From positions 513,455-577,454 of the forward strand of contig CAWILU010000006.1 in NCBI GenBank assembly GCA_963837055.1: 64,000 nt of DNA, given 5' to 3'. The notes under the pieces are model-generated. The model had not been told where the DNA came from, made no database searches, and saw nothing but the letters and a program-made list of their open reading frames with translations. How positions within the stretch are numbered: position 1 is the first letter of the stretch; each line of letters opens with the position of its first letter. The position numbers and the translations under genes are program-made. The stretch is from an uncultured Acidobacteriota bacterium (lineage in GTDB: Bacteria > Actinomycetota > Acidimicrobiia > Spongiisociales > ZC4RG35). Shown one piece after another: positions 10,517 to 20,464 of this stretch.

Positions 10517-11512
10517 TTATCCCGTCCCGGTGACCCGTGAATAGAGCCAGGCCAGCCCGAGGACAATCGAGCCGTAGACGATCTGCTGAATGGCCTGGCC
10601 GGCGTCGAGGAAGGTGAGCATCGTGGCCAGCACACCGAGGATGAGGGCGCCCAGGATGGTGCCGCTATAGGAGCCGATCCCGCCGAAGATCGACGTTCCC
10701 CCGATCACCGCAGCGGCTACCGAAGGGAGCACGAAGGTCACCGCCAGCTGCAGGTCCACCGCCCCGGTGCGGCCGGCAAGGAGGATCCCGGCGAGGGCCG
10801 CGAGCAGCCCGGCCAGGATGTAGGCCGCGATCTGAACCTGCCAGATCCTGACCCCGGCGAGCCGGACCGCGATCGGGTTGTCGCCCACTGCGTAGATGAG
10901 GCGCCCCAACCCGGTTCGTCGCAGCCCGTAGATGATCACGACCGAGACCACGCCCCAGACCAGCGCGTTGTAAGGGATGCGATTCCCGAGGAACGAGCCC
11001 CCGCCAAGGGTCTCGATGAATTCCCCGACCGTGGTCGAGCCTTGGAGGACGGTGAAGGAGAGAGCGGTGAACAGCCCGAGGAGGATGGCCGACATGGCCA
11101 GGGTCATGATCAGCGGGTTGACCCGGAACACACCGACCCCGACTCCATTGATGGCCCCGGCCACCAGCCCCACCCCCAGACCGAGGGCGATGGCGATGCC
11201 CGCGCCACGGGGCGACTGATTGGCAGCGACGTAGGCAGCGGCGGTCGCCACCATCCCCACTGAGAGGTCGATGCCGCCGGTGAGCATGAGAATCGTCTGG
11301 GCCCCGGCGATGATTCCCAGGGGGGCGGCCAGAAGGACGGTGTTGCGGAGACCGCTCAGGCCGAAGTAGCGGGGCTCGATGATGGAGGTGGCCACCACCA
11401 GGGCGACGAGGACAATGGCCAGGACGAGTATCGGGTGATCGCGGAGAGCTGATCGCCACTTCGAATCCGGCGGGATATCGACGTCGAGCACGGGCACATT
11501 GGTCCCGGTCAT
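10517..11512 (-). CDS. sugar ABC transporter permease (RbsC/AraH-type, CUT2 family)
   Basis: Polytopic membrane protein with the CUT2 permease pattern. The real start MTGTNVP is at 11512 and overlaps the upstream stop (ATGA); the track ORF is a 5' extension. Confidence 0.8.
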   Translation of the reverse strand: MTGTNVPVLDVDIPPDSKWRSALRDHPILVLAIVLVALVVATSIIEPRYFGLSGLRNTVLLAAPLGIIAGAQTILMLTGGIDLSVGMVATAAAYVAANQSPRGAGIAIALGLGVGLVAGAINGVGVGVFRVNPLIMTLAMSAILLGLFTALSFTVLQGSTTVGEFIETLGGGSFLGNRIPYNALVWGVVSVVIIYGLRRTGLGRLIYAVGDNPIAVRLAGVRIWQVQIAAYILAGLLAALAGILLAGRTGAVDLQLAVTFVLPSVAAAVIGGTSIFGGIGSYSGTILGALILGVLATMLTFLDAGQAIQQIVYGSIVLGLAWLYSRVTGTG

Positions 11513-12517
11513 GAGGCCCTCTGCCTTCTCAACTCGACCACTCCCGCCACCATCATGACCACGACGATCAGGACGCCTTGCACCACCTGGGCGGTGTTCG
11601 GGTCGATTCCCATGGCGCTCAAGATCGGAGAGAGAGTGAAAAGGATGATCCCCGCCGCGGCGGCGCCCACCACCGATCCGATCCCGCCAGTGAGAGCGAC
11701 CCCACCCAAGACGATGGCGGCGACCGAGCGAAGGGTGAAGATCGAACCGGTGGCAGCACGTGACTCCCCGGATCCGGTGATGGCAAGGGCCGACAGCCCG
11801 GCCAACGCCGAGAATCCGCCGCCGACCGCATACGACACGATCTTCGCCCTTCCGGTCCGGACCCCGGAGAGGTAGGCGGCCCCGAGACTCGAACCCGTTG
11901 CATAGAGGGAGAGCCCGGTCCGGGTGCCTTTCATCCACCACGCGGCCAACGCCATCGGGATGGCGATTGCGACGAGGGATGGCCAGAAGTTGGAGCCACT
12001 TCCGCTGCCCGAACCGGTGAACATCGCCCGGAATCCCTCACTGGTCCCCCCGCCAGGCGAAGGAAGAACGAGTAGGGCCACGCCGGAGAGGATGAAGCTG
12101 GTGGCCAAGGTGACGACGATGTCGGGCACCCGGGACACCGTGATCACCCAGCCCACAACAGCGTTGATCCCGGCCCCAACGAGGATGACCAGAACCGCGA
12201 TCAGCAGGGTCACCCCAAAGCGGCTGGTCCAACATCAACTGGGCGGCGATGGAGTTGGTGAGGATCAACATTGCGCCGACAGAGAGGTCGATCCCCCCCG
12301 CAATGACAATGATCGCTTGCCCGATCGCCAGATAGACGAGGGGCAGGCTGTTCTTGGAGATGGAGGCGATCTGGAATCCGCCGAACTTGGGGATGAGAGT
12401 GGCGTACCAACCAACCATGATGACCAGCAAGACCCATACCCCCACGGTCCAACCGCGGCGACGCAGCCAGGTCGACCAGTCGACACCCCGGATGCGGCCT
12501 ACGGTTTCGGTGGTCAT
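11509..12517 (-). pseudogene. sugar ABC transporter permease (CUT2 family), frameshifted near 12213-12220
   Basis: The N-terminal ORF 12038-12517 matches a permease N-terminus up to ...SIAAQLMLDQ. The C-terminal ORF 11509-12213 (MTLLIAVLVILVG...) continues the same protein in another frame. Confidence 0.7.
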
Positions 12518-13980
12518 GCCACCTCCTCCGCGCTGATGCCGTGCGCCGCGGTGAGCAACGACTCTTCGGTGGCGGTCTCGGCCGGTTGCTCATCGACGAT
12601 CGCCCCCCGGTAGAGGACCTGGACTCGATCACATACGAGGGGGATCTCGGCGAGCTCGCTCGTGTAGAGCAGGACGGCAGCGCCATCGGCGGCGAGCTCT
12701 CGAAGGAGGTCATAGATCTGGGCCTTGGTCTTGACATCGATCCCGCGGGTCGGGTCGAAACAGAGCAAGACCCGGAATCCAGCGGCGAGCCAACGCCCGA
12801 CCACGACCTTTTGTTGATTGCCGCCGGACAGGCGGCCCGCCTGGCGCGCCGCCCTGGTGTCGATCGAGAGCCGGTCGATGGCATCGGTCACCCGCTCCTT
12901 CTCGTCCCCCGCCAGCGAGAACCAGCTCTTCATCCGGTTGTAGAGAGGTAACCCGAGATTCTCCCGCACCGGTCGTTTGGGCAGGAGAGCGAGAAGACGA
13001 TCCGGTGGCACCAGGACCACCCCGCGCGACACTGCGTCAAAAGGCGATCTGGCCCGCAGCGGCTCGCCATTGACGATGATCTCTCCACCGTCGGGCCGCC
13101 GATCACCGGCGAGTACCTCGAACAATCGATCCTGGCCCTGACCCTCGAGAGCGGCCAGACCCAGCACCTCACCGGCATGGAGCTGGAACGACACCCCGTT
13201 CACCTTGTCGCCCGAGGTGACCTCGACCGCCTCGAGCGCGACATGGCCGCGTTCGCTCCGAGTCCTCGCCGCGGCGGCCGGCTCGGCGCGGGCGACTTCA
13301 CCGAGCATCGCTTCCACCAGACCCGACTCCCCTACCTGCTGGGGCACGACCGAGGCCACGGTGCGACCGTCCCTCAGGACCGTCGCCCGGTCACACATCC
13401 GCATCACCTCGCCGAGCCGGTGGGTTATGAAGAGGACTGATCGGCCCCGCTGCCTCCAGTCCTCCATGACCGCGAACACGTGCTCCGCCTGATCGGCCGG
13501 CAAGGCGGCGGTGATCTCGTCGAGCAGCAGGAGGGATGGCTCGAGAGCCAGGGCTCGGGCGAGATCGAGCAGCCGCAGCACGGGGAGAGGCAGCTCGCGG
13601 ATCAGGGCGTCGAAATCGAGGTTGGCCACCTGCATTCGCTGCAACCACTCCCGAACATCGGTTTCATCGATGTCGGTGAGCCGCAGATTCTGGGCGACGG
13701 TCAAATCCGGGATCAGGGCCGGATCCTGAAACACAGTGGCCAGTCCGGCGTGCACCGCGGCGGTCGGTGAAGTCAGGTGGACCGGCTCACCCGCGACCTC
13801 GATTTCGCCGGTGTCTGCCTGGTGTACCCCGGACAGGATCTTGACGAAGGTCGACTTGCCCGCGCCATTGGCGCCAAGCAACGCGTGGACCTCGCCCGGC
13901 GCGACTTCCAAATCGACCGAGCGCAAGGCGATGACGTTGCCAAAGCTCTTGGCAACGGCGCGCGTCGATAACAGCGTCAT
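12514..13980 (-). CDS. sugar ABC transporter ATP-binding protein (two fused ABC domains, RbsA/MglA-like)
   Basis: 488 aa. First cassette: GANGAGKST, Q-loop and D-loop. The second cassette is degenerate, as is typical for CUT2 ATPases. Coupled by ATGA to the permease. Confidence 0.9.
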   Translation of the reverse strand: MTLLSTRAVAKSFGNVIALRSVDLEVAPGEVHALLGANGAGKSTFVKILSGVHQADTGEIEVAGEPVHLTSPTAAVHAGLATVFQDPALIPDLTVAQNLRLTDIDETDVREWLQRMQVANLDFDALIRELPLPVLRLLDLARALALEPSLLLLDEITAALPADQAEHVFAVMEDWRQRGRSVLFITHRLGEVMRMCDRATVLRDGRTVASVVPQQVGESGLVEAMLGEVARAEPAAAARTRSERGHVALEAVEVTSGDKVNGVSFQLHAGEVLGLAALEGQGQDRLFEVLAGDRRPDGGEIIVNGEPLRARSPFDAVSRGVVLVPPDRLLALLPKRPVRENLGLPLYNRMKSWFSLAGDEKERVTDAIDRLSIDTRAARQAGRLSGGNQQKVVVGRWLAAGFRVLLCFDPTRGIDVKTKAQIYDLLRELAADGAAVLLYTSELAEIPLVCDRVQVLYRGAIVDEQPAETATEESLLTAAHGISAEEVA

Positions 13981-14053
13981 CGCTGTCTCATCCTCTCAGG
14001 GTCGACCGGGACCGGGGCGCGGTCGCGCCCCGGTCCCATTGGCCGTTTATGGG

Positions 14054-15091
14054 CTATTCCTCGCCCGGGCCCACGCAGGCTGATACCTGCTCGGGGGTGT
14101 AGCTCGTCCAGGGGTCGATCTCGACGTAGGTGCTCCAGCCAACCTGCTGCTCGGGATCGAAGAGCTCTTCGAGAGCAGCCGAGTCGTCGGAGGGGAAGAC
14201 CTCCGGCGTGAGAGTCACCACCTGATCCGGCTCTTCTCCCTGCAGGGCCTGGATGGCGATTGCCGCACCGACACCACCGATTGCCGGTGGGTTGGTGACT
14301 GCGGCGCCTTCCAGCCCTTCCACATTGAGAAGCTGGTCGACGAACCCGTTGTTGTCGGCGCCGACGATCGGCACGAACGGAGCACCGGCGTTCTGGAATT
14401 GCTCGACCACCGTGTAGTCGATCCCAGACGTCCAGATCCCGTCCACGTCACCGGCGCTGATGATGTCCAGCGCCTGTTGGGCACCCGTGGTCGGGTCCCA
14501 ACCGGTGAAGGTTTCCTGGGTGACTGTGATCCCCGGGTAGTCCTCCAAGGCGGCCGTGAAGCCGGTGTGGCGGTCGGTGTCGGCCGGGACGCCGTCGATG
14601 CCACGCATCTCTACGACGTTGCCCTCGCCGCCGAGCTGATCGAAGAGCCAACGGGCTCCCAGCTCGCCATACGCGACTTGGTCATTGGTGGCCACGTAGG
14701 CACCCTCGGCAGTCACCGCCTGGTCGACGGCTACCACCACGATGCCCTGCTCGATGGCCTCCTCGATGACCGAGTTGAGCCCCTCACGCTCGGTGGGGTT
14801 GATGATGATCGCATCGACTCCCTGAGAGATGAGGGCCTCGATCTGGCCGATCTGCCCTGTGGTGTCGGTGTTCTCGTTCTGGAGCACCACCTCGTCCACA
14901 ACGCCACTGGCCAGGGCCTGGGCCTTGATCGCGCAAATCATCTGCTCACGCCAGCCGTTGCCGGCCAACGTGTTGCTGACACCGATCGTGTAGGTCTCGT
15001 CCTCGGCGCTCTCGCCGCCGCCACATGCGGCTGCGATCAGGGCCAGGACGCCGATCAGGGCCGCGGCACGCAGTCCTGTCCTCTTCTTCAT
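14054..15091 (-). CDS. sugar ABC transporter substrate-binding lipoprotein (periplasmic binding protein type I, CUT2)
   Basis: Start [23 protein letters not shown]|GG (lipobox) preceded by GGAAGAGGAGGAAGG; PBP fold. The track ORF is extended 5'. Confidence 0.85.
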   Translation of the reverse strand: MKKRTGLRAAALIGVLALIAAACGGGESAEDETYTIGVSNTLAGNGWREQMICAIKAQALASGVVDEVVLQNENTDTTGQIGQIEALISQGVDAIIINPTEREGLNSVIEEAIEQGIVVVAVDQAVTAEGAYVATNDQVAYGELGARWLFDQLGGEGNVVEMRGIDGVPADTDRHTGFTAALEDYPGITVTQETFTGWDPTTGAQQALDIISAGDVDGIWTSGIDYTVVEQFQNAGAPFVPIVGADNNGFVDQLLNVEGLEGAAVTNPPAIGGVGAAIAIQALQGEEPDQVVTLTPEVFPSDDSAALEELFDPEQQVGWSTYVEIDPWTSYTPEQVSACVGPGEE

Positions 15092-15168
15092 CCTTCCTCC
15101 TCTTCCTTTGTTCTGCCGCTCTCGCGGCGTTTTCTCATTCATCCCGCGAGCGGGAGAAGACTCTCATG

Positions 15169-16446
15169 TCAACCGGCCCCGGCCAGGGCCTCGTCGACGG
15201 CCCTGGGGGTCATGATGTGGTCGATGGCCATGGCGGCGGCGCCGATGACTCCGGATCGGTCCCCGAGCGACGACACGGTGATGCTCAAGTCGGTGGTGCT
15301 CAGCGTGGTCGATCGTTGGTAGACGATTTCTCTGATGCCGGCCAGGAGTTGCTGTTCGGCCCGGGCCAGGTCTCCCCCGATCATGATCATCGATGGGTTG
15401 AGGAGGTTGACCGTCGAGGCGAGGACCTGGCCGATGAGTCGACCCGCATCCCGCACCGAACGGGTGGCCACTTCGTTGCCCTGCTCCACGAGCCTGACCA
15501 CATCGCGGCTGCCGGCCGCCTCCAAGCCCGATTCGCTCAAACGCCCCGCGATGGCGGCTCCCCCGGCAAGGGCTTCGAGACAACCGTTGTTGCCACAGCG
15601 GCACACCACTTCATCCGAGGTTGCCCGGACATGGCCGATGTCCCCGGCCGCTCCGTTCGCCCCGCGATGGAGAACACCTCCGAGGATCAAGCCCGACCCG
15701 ATGCCCGTCCCCACCTTGACGAACACGAAGTCATCGATCTTGGGCTCCATCACCCAGTACTCGCCAAGGGCCATGATGTTGACGTCGTTGTCGACCAGGA
15801 CCGGCACCCCGTACCGCGCCGAGAACCGGTCTCTGATCGGGTACATATGCCAGCCGGCCATGATCGGTGGGTTGACCGCAACCCCCTGGGCATAGTCCAC
15901 CGGGCCTGGCACCCCGATCCCGATGCCGCGCACTTCTCGCGCCGATCTCCTGATGTCGGCGAGCAGCCCATCGAAGGTTTCCTCGAGCCACGTGAGCACC
16001 ACGTCTGGGCCGCTGTTGATGTCGATCTCGGCGGTGGTCTCGGCAAGAGACTCGGCGAGGAGATTGCATACGGCGATCCGAGAATGGGTCGCGCCGAGGT
16101 CCGCGGCGAGGATGAGCCCGGCATCGGCGTTGAAGCCGAGGAGGGACGGGGGGCGGCCACCGGTGGAGGGAGCGCCACCCACCTCGACCACGAGCCCGGC
16201 GTCGATGAGGGTATCGATTCGCTGGGCGACCGTGGAACGAGCGAGACCGGTCACCTCGCCCAACTCCCCCCGGGTGCGGGCCCGCCCGGTGCGGATCAGA
16301 TTGAGCAGGTCGCCGGGTCGGTCCGGCTCCGGTGTCTGCACCTTTTCGGGGTTGCTCACCAAATTCTCGACGCCTCCAGTTTCTCCACCATGCCAGACAC
16401 TTATGCGCGTGTCAACCGCATAAGTGGAGGACTTGTGCACAGGCAT
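15169..16446 (-). CDS. ROK family transcriptional regulator
   Basis: N-terminal wHTH (LARSTVAQRIDTLIDAGLV) plus a ROK sugar-kinase-like domain with the zinc motif CRCGNNGCLE. The exact start is uncertain. Confidence 0.8.
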   Translation of the reverse strand: MPVHKSSTYAVDTRISVWHGGETGGVENLVSNPEKVQTPEPDRPGDLLNLIRTGRARTRGELGEVTGLARSTVAQRIDTLIDAGLVVEVGGAPSTGGRPPSLLGFNADAGLILAADLGATHSRIAVCNLLAESLAETTAEIDINSGPDVVLTWLEETFDGLLADIRRSAREVRGIGIGVPGPVDYAQGVAVNPPIMAGWHMYPIRDRFSARYGVPVLVDNDVNIMALGEYWVMEPKIDDFVFVKVGTGIGSGLILGGVLHRGANGAAGDIGHVRATSDEVVCRCGNNGCLEALAGGAAIAGRLSESGLEAAGSRDVVRLVEQGNEVATRSVRDAGRLIGQVLASTVNLLNPSMIMIGGDLARAEQQLLAGIREIVYQRSTTLSTTDLSITVSSLGDRSGVIGAAAMAIDHIMTPRAVDEALAGAG

Positions 16447-17241
16447 TCACCGTTCCGGCCCGGTGCGGAGGATCCGGGCCAAACGCTCCGCATAGTCGGC
16501 GTAGGCATGATCGAAGAGACGAGCCGATTCCTCGGCCCCAACCAGCGAGGCGCTGGTCAGGACGACCGGGGTGATCCCGCGCTCGACGAGCAGCTCGGCC
16601 ACTCGCACCTTCAACTCGTTCACGACCGCGGCGTTGGCCAGAGTCGAGCCGGGTCCGACGGGTGTGGCGAGACCGGCGACACGGACCAGGGCGTCACCGG
16701 GCGGAGTGCCGATGTCGATCACAAGATCGGCGTGATCGAGGAGACGGGTTGCGGAGGAATGAGTGGGCTCTGCTGCCATCGACTCGCTCACCGAGGTCAC
16801 CGCAGCCACCTTGAGGCCACGTTGTTGCGCTCCCATTGCCATCTCGATAGGGACGGCTGACCGTCCACTGGCACTGAAAACGACCATCACGTCGCTTCGG
16901 CCGAACACGAAATTCGAGAGGATCACCTCGGCCAGACCCTCGACCCGCTCGATGAACATTGCCTGTCGCTGCCCGTTGCTCCCCACCACCTCGGTGTGGA
17001 AGGTCATCGAGAGCTCGGCGATGGGATGGAAACCGGAGAACGAGCCGTATCGAGGAAACATCTCCTCGATTGCGATCCGGGAATGCCCGGAGCCGAAAAG
17101 GTGGACCAGGCCGCCATCGGCGATCGCCTCGACACACCACCCGGCCAGCTCGTCGATCGCCGCGATCTGTGACGTCTCGATGTGGTCGAGAATCGCCCGC
17201 GCCGCATCGAGCCAGGTCGTATCTGGGTAATCCGAGTTCAT
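16447..17241 (-). CDS. SIS (sugar isomerase) domain-containing protein
   Basis: SIS phosphosugar-binding signature (VFSASGRS ... GLKVAAVTS). The likely start is MNSDYP at 17241; the upstream M at 17298 would overlap the divergent ROK kinase gene. Confidence 0.6.
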   Translation of the reverse strand: MNSDYPDTTWLDAARAILDHIETSQIAAIDELAGWCVEAIADGGLVHLFGSGHSRIAIEEMFPRYGSFSGFHPIAELSMTFHTEVVGSNGQRQAMFIERVEGLAEVILSNFVFGRSDVMVVFSASGRSAVPIEMAMGAQQRGLKVAAVTSVSESMAAEPTHSSATRLLDHADLVIDIGTPPGDALVRVAGLATPVGPGSTLANAAVVNELKVRVAELLVERGITPVVLTSASLVGAEESARLFDHAYADYAERLARILRTGPER

Positions 17242-17267
17242 GCCTCGCGTCACTCCGTTGGAAGGAG

Positions 17268-18212
17268 ATGTATACAGACGTCGTGATCGACCCACCACAG
17301 CAAACAGGGATCAGGGCTCCGCTTCTTGGAATCGATCTCGGCGGGACCAATATCAAAGTGACGCTCATCGAGCCCGATGGCGACTCGTTCCGACCCGTCC
17401 GGGCCAGGGAGTATCCAACTGAAGCTGCGGGCGGCCCTGAGCACGTGACCACCAATCTGATCCGGGCGGCGCGGGCTCATCTGAGCGAGTCGACGGACAT
17501 CCAGTCGATCGGGCTTGGTGTCCCCGGGTTGTTCCGGGAGGACACTGGGACCATCGAGCTCTTCCCCAATCTCCCCGGTGACTGGGACGGTTTCCCGCTG
17601 CGTGCCGCCCTGGAGGAAGCGATCGGGACCGAGATCACAATGATCAACGACGCACGTGCCTTCACCCTGGCCGAGGGTACGATCGGCGCCGGGGCCGGCT
17701 TCCGGATCGTGGCCTGTCTGACACTCGGGACGGGGATCGGCGGTGGGATCATGATCGACGGACGGCTCCATCTCGGAGCATTTGGGGTGGCAGGCGAGAT
17801 CGGGCACCAAACCATCGATCCTGACGGGCCGATCTGCGGATGCGGGAACCGAGGCTGCATGGAAGCCATGGCCAAGGCCGATGTCCTCACCAATCTCGCC
17901 GGAAAGAGGACAGCCGAGGAGGTCTACCTCGCAGCGGCCGAGGGCGATGAGCGGTGCCTTGCTGCAGTCGAACAGGTGGCGCGGGTCGTGGGGCTTGGAC
18001 TGGCCAATGTGGTGACGCTGATCGGGCCAGACCGGATCGTGATCGGCGGCGGGATCATCGAGGGAGGTGAGACGGTCCTCGGGCCGATTCGACAGGCGAT
18101 CCGAGATCGGGTGACCCTGGTCCCAACGGAGAGGATCGAAGTCGTCCCCGCCCGGTTGGGCAGATGGGCCGGAGCCCATGGCGCCGCCCTGGCCGGCTAC
18201 CTCAGGCCGTAA
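17268..18212 (+). CDS. ROK family sugar kinase (glucokinase-like)
   Basis: LLGIDLGGTNIKV ATP-binding motif and CGCGNRGCME zinc motif, with no HTH. GGAAGGAG RBS 2 nt upstream of the ATG at 17268. Confidence 0.8.
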   Translation: MYTDVVIDPPQQTGIRAPLLGIDLGGTNIKVTLIEPDGDSFRPVRAREYPTEAAGGPEHVTTNLIRAARAHLSESTDIQSIGLGVPGLFREDTGTIELFPNLPGDWDGFPLRAALEEAIGTEITMINDARAFTLAEGTIGAGAGFRIVACLTLGTGIGGGIMIDGRLHLGAFGVAGEIGHQTIDPDGPICGCGNRGCMEAMAKADVLTNLAGKRTAEEVYLAAAEGDERCLAAVEQVARVVGLGLANVVTLIGPDRIVIGGGIIEGGETVLGPIRQAIRDRVTLVPTERIEVVPARLGRWAGAHGAALAGYLRP

Positions 18213-18906
18213 CCCTCGCCCGATAGTCATCGAGCATCGTCGCCGTTGCGGTTGCCCCACATCGGTCGGCGCCCGCCTCGATGACGGCGAGGAGAGCGTC
18301 GAGGGTGCGGACGCCGTGGGCGGCCTTGACCTTCACCCCCGGCCCGACACTCGCCCGCATCAGGCGCAGGTCCTCGATCGTTGCCCCGGTAGGGGCGTAA
18401 CCGGTGGATGTCTTCACGTAGTCGGCGCCTGCGCCCTCGACGAGATGACAAGCGGTCACCTTCTGCTCGTCGGTCAGATAAGCGTTCTCCAGGATCACCT
18501 TGACGATGGCGGCGTCCCCGGCGGCCTCGACGACCGCCTCGATGTCCTCCTGAACCCGGTCGTTCTCCCCGGAGAGGAGCAACCCGATGTTGAGCACCAT
18601 GTCGAGCTCCACGGCGCCGTCGTCCATCGCTCTGACCGATTCGAACACTTTCGTGGCGGTGACACTGTCCCCGTGAGGAAAGGCAACGACGGTGCCTACG
18701 GCAACCCCGGTTCCCGCGAGCTCGGAGGCGGCGAGGGCAACGTCGGAAGGTCGGACACACACCGAAACCACCTCGTAGCGAGCGGCCAGGGCACAGCCCT
18801 CGATCACTTCCTCGATGGTGAGCTGGGGTTTGAGTAATGAGTGATCGATGGTCCCGGCCAGCTTCTCGTAGCTGACGTCATCGACCGTTAGGGAGCTGGG
18901 GAGCAT
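18202..18906 (-). CDS. deoC: deoxyribose-phosphate aldolase
   Basis: IDHSLLKP signature and DYVKTSTG containing the Schiff-base lysine. Confidence 0.9.
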   Translation of the reverse strand: MLPSSLTVDDVSYEKLAGTIDHSLLKPQLTIEEVIEGCALAARYEVVSVCVRPSDVALAASELAGTGVAVGTVVAFPHGDSVTATKVFESVRAMDDGAVELDMVLNIGLLLSGENDRVQEDIEAVVEAAGDAAIVKVILENAYLTDEQKVTACHLVEGAGADYVKTSTGYAPTGATIEDLRLMRASVGPGVKVKAAHGVRTLDALLAVIEAGADRCGATATATMLDDYRARVTA

Positions 18907-18939
18907 GGCCGGAGTGTCGTCGGCGGCCTATGCGCTTGT

Positions 18940-19552
18940 CTAGACGGCCACGGCGGCCACGAGCCGGCCGGCGCGCTCGGTGATCACCGCCGGGTCGGAG
19001 TGTGACGTGAGCCAGCCGCCAACACCGACCGCGGTGGCGCCGGCCTCGAGGTACGCCCTCGCATTGTCTGCATCGACACCGCCCGGTAGGGATGAGATCG
19101 ATGTCGGGGAAGGGAGCCTTGACCGCCCGGATGAGATCAGGTCCTCCAACAGACGCCGGGAACACCTTGACCGCAGCCACCGACGAATCCCACGCCGCGT
19201 GGATTTCGGTCGGTGTCAATGCCCCGGCGATGAACGGGACGCCCCGATTCGCAGCCCAAGCGGACAGTGATGGATCGTGGTGAGGCGACACGAGAAAGGA
19301 AGCTCCGGCGTCGATGGCGGCCGCTGCCTGACCGATGGCGGTGACGGTGCCGGCTCCGATCAGCAGATCTGATCCTTTGAGGCGGGCAAGGGCTCCCATC
19401 CCGGCTTCCTCCTCGACCGTGATCTCGAGGATTCCGATCCCCCCGTCCATCAGGGCTTCGGCGAGGACGGCGGCTGTATCGCCAGTGACACCGCGGGCAA
19501 CAGCGATCAACCGCTGTTCCCTGATCACAGCCGGCAGCTCGCCGCTGCTCAC
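18940..19552 (-). pseudogene. eda: 2-dehydro-3-deoxyphosphogluconate / 4-hydroxy-2-oxoglutarate aldolase (Eda), frameshifted near 19085-19092
   Basis: The main ORF matches KDPG aldolase through ...DIDLIPTG. The conserved C-terminus GGVDADNARAYLEAGATAVGVGGWL lies in ORF 18940-19149 in another frame. Removing one base in CCGGGCGG restores PTGGVDADN. Confidence 0.75.
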
Positions 19553-20316
19553 ACCCTGCCCTCGGTTACCCCCCAGCCGCCATCGACTTCGAGGACCTGC
19601 CCGGTTATCCGAGAGGATTCATCGGAGAGAAGGAAGAGGGCGGCGGCGGCGACTTCGGACGCTTCGAGGGGCCCTCCAGCCAGCGGTTGCTTCTCTCTGA
19701 CGTAGGCGGATGTGGCCGGGTCGGTGACGGCACGCTGCGACATCGGGGTGTCGACCAGCCCGGGAGCGATCAGGTTCACCCTGATGCCGTCCGGCGCGTA
19801 GTGCGACGCCAAGGAACGGGTCAAGGAAATGACCGAGCCCTTGGCCGCGGCGTAGGCATGGGTGACGAAGTACGCCGAGGGGTGCATGGCGGAGACGCTG
19901 CCGACGAGGACCACCGACCCGCCGCGACCTTTCATCGCCCTTATCGCCTCCCGGGCAGCAAGGAACGGCGGAAAGGTGTTCACCTCCATCGTGTGACGCC
20001 ACCCGTCGAGCGGGATCTGATCCAGCGGGCCATCGCCGTGACCCCGCCCGCTCGCCCCTACCACCGCGAAGAGACCGTCGATCCGGCCGAAGCGGTCAAT
20101 ACAGGCCTTGAAGGCTGCCACGGTTTCGGCTTCGTCGGTCAGATCCGCGGCGGCCCATGACTCGGGCGAGCCGATGTCCGAGGCGAGCTCCTCGCACTGC
20201 TCCTCATCGACGGAGACGACGAATACCGATGCGCCCTCGGCGGCGAATCGACGAGCACCGGCGGCGGCGATCCCCGAGGCACCGGTAACCACCACCACCC
20301 GGTCGGCGAGTCGCAT
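19549..20316 (-). CDS. SDR family NAD(P)-dependent oxidoreductase
   Basis: TGASGIAAAG cofactor motif and YAAAKGSV catalytic Y-x3-K. Coupled by ATGA to eda. Confidence 0.9.
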   Translation of the reverse strand: MRLADRVVVVTGASGIAAAGARRFAAEGASVFVVSVDEEQCEELASDIGSPESWAAADLTDEAETVAAFKACIDRFGRIDGLFAVVGASGRGHGDGPLDQIPLDGWRHTMEVNTFPPFLAAREAIRAMKGRGGSVVLVGSVSAMHPSAYFVTHAYAAAKGSVISLTRSLASHYAPDGIRVNLIAPGLVDTPMSQRAVTDPATSAYVREKQPLAGGPLEASEVAAAALFLLSDESSRITGQVLEVDGGWGVTEGRV

Positions 20317-20464
20317 CCCGGCGTTTGTAGCAGGGACACCATCGGTCCCGGGTGCCGAATGACATCAGACCTGGTCCTTTGGGACTTAAGACCCTCGTGC
20401 ATTCCTTCACAAGGACCGACCATGCAAGTTATAGGCAGTTGGTTCTATGCGAAGGAGGCAACAG

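Noticed and set aside
15092-15168. Short dyad CCCGC-TC-GCGGG between the ROK regulator stop and the substrate-binding-protein gene, considered as a ROK operator
   Set aside because: Only 5-bp arms inside GC-rich sequence; such dyads occur by chance frequently at this GC content.
15025-16860. 611-aa plus-strand ORF overlapping the ROK regulator and SIS genes
   Set aside because: Entirely antisense to two well-supported genes. Arg/Gly/Pro-rich composition typical of out-of-frame or antisense translation of high-GC DNA. No motifs.
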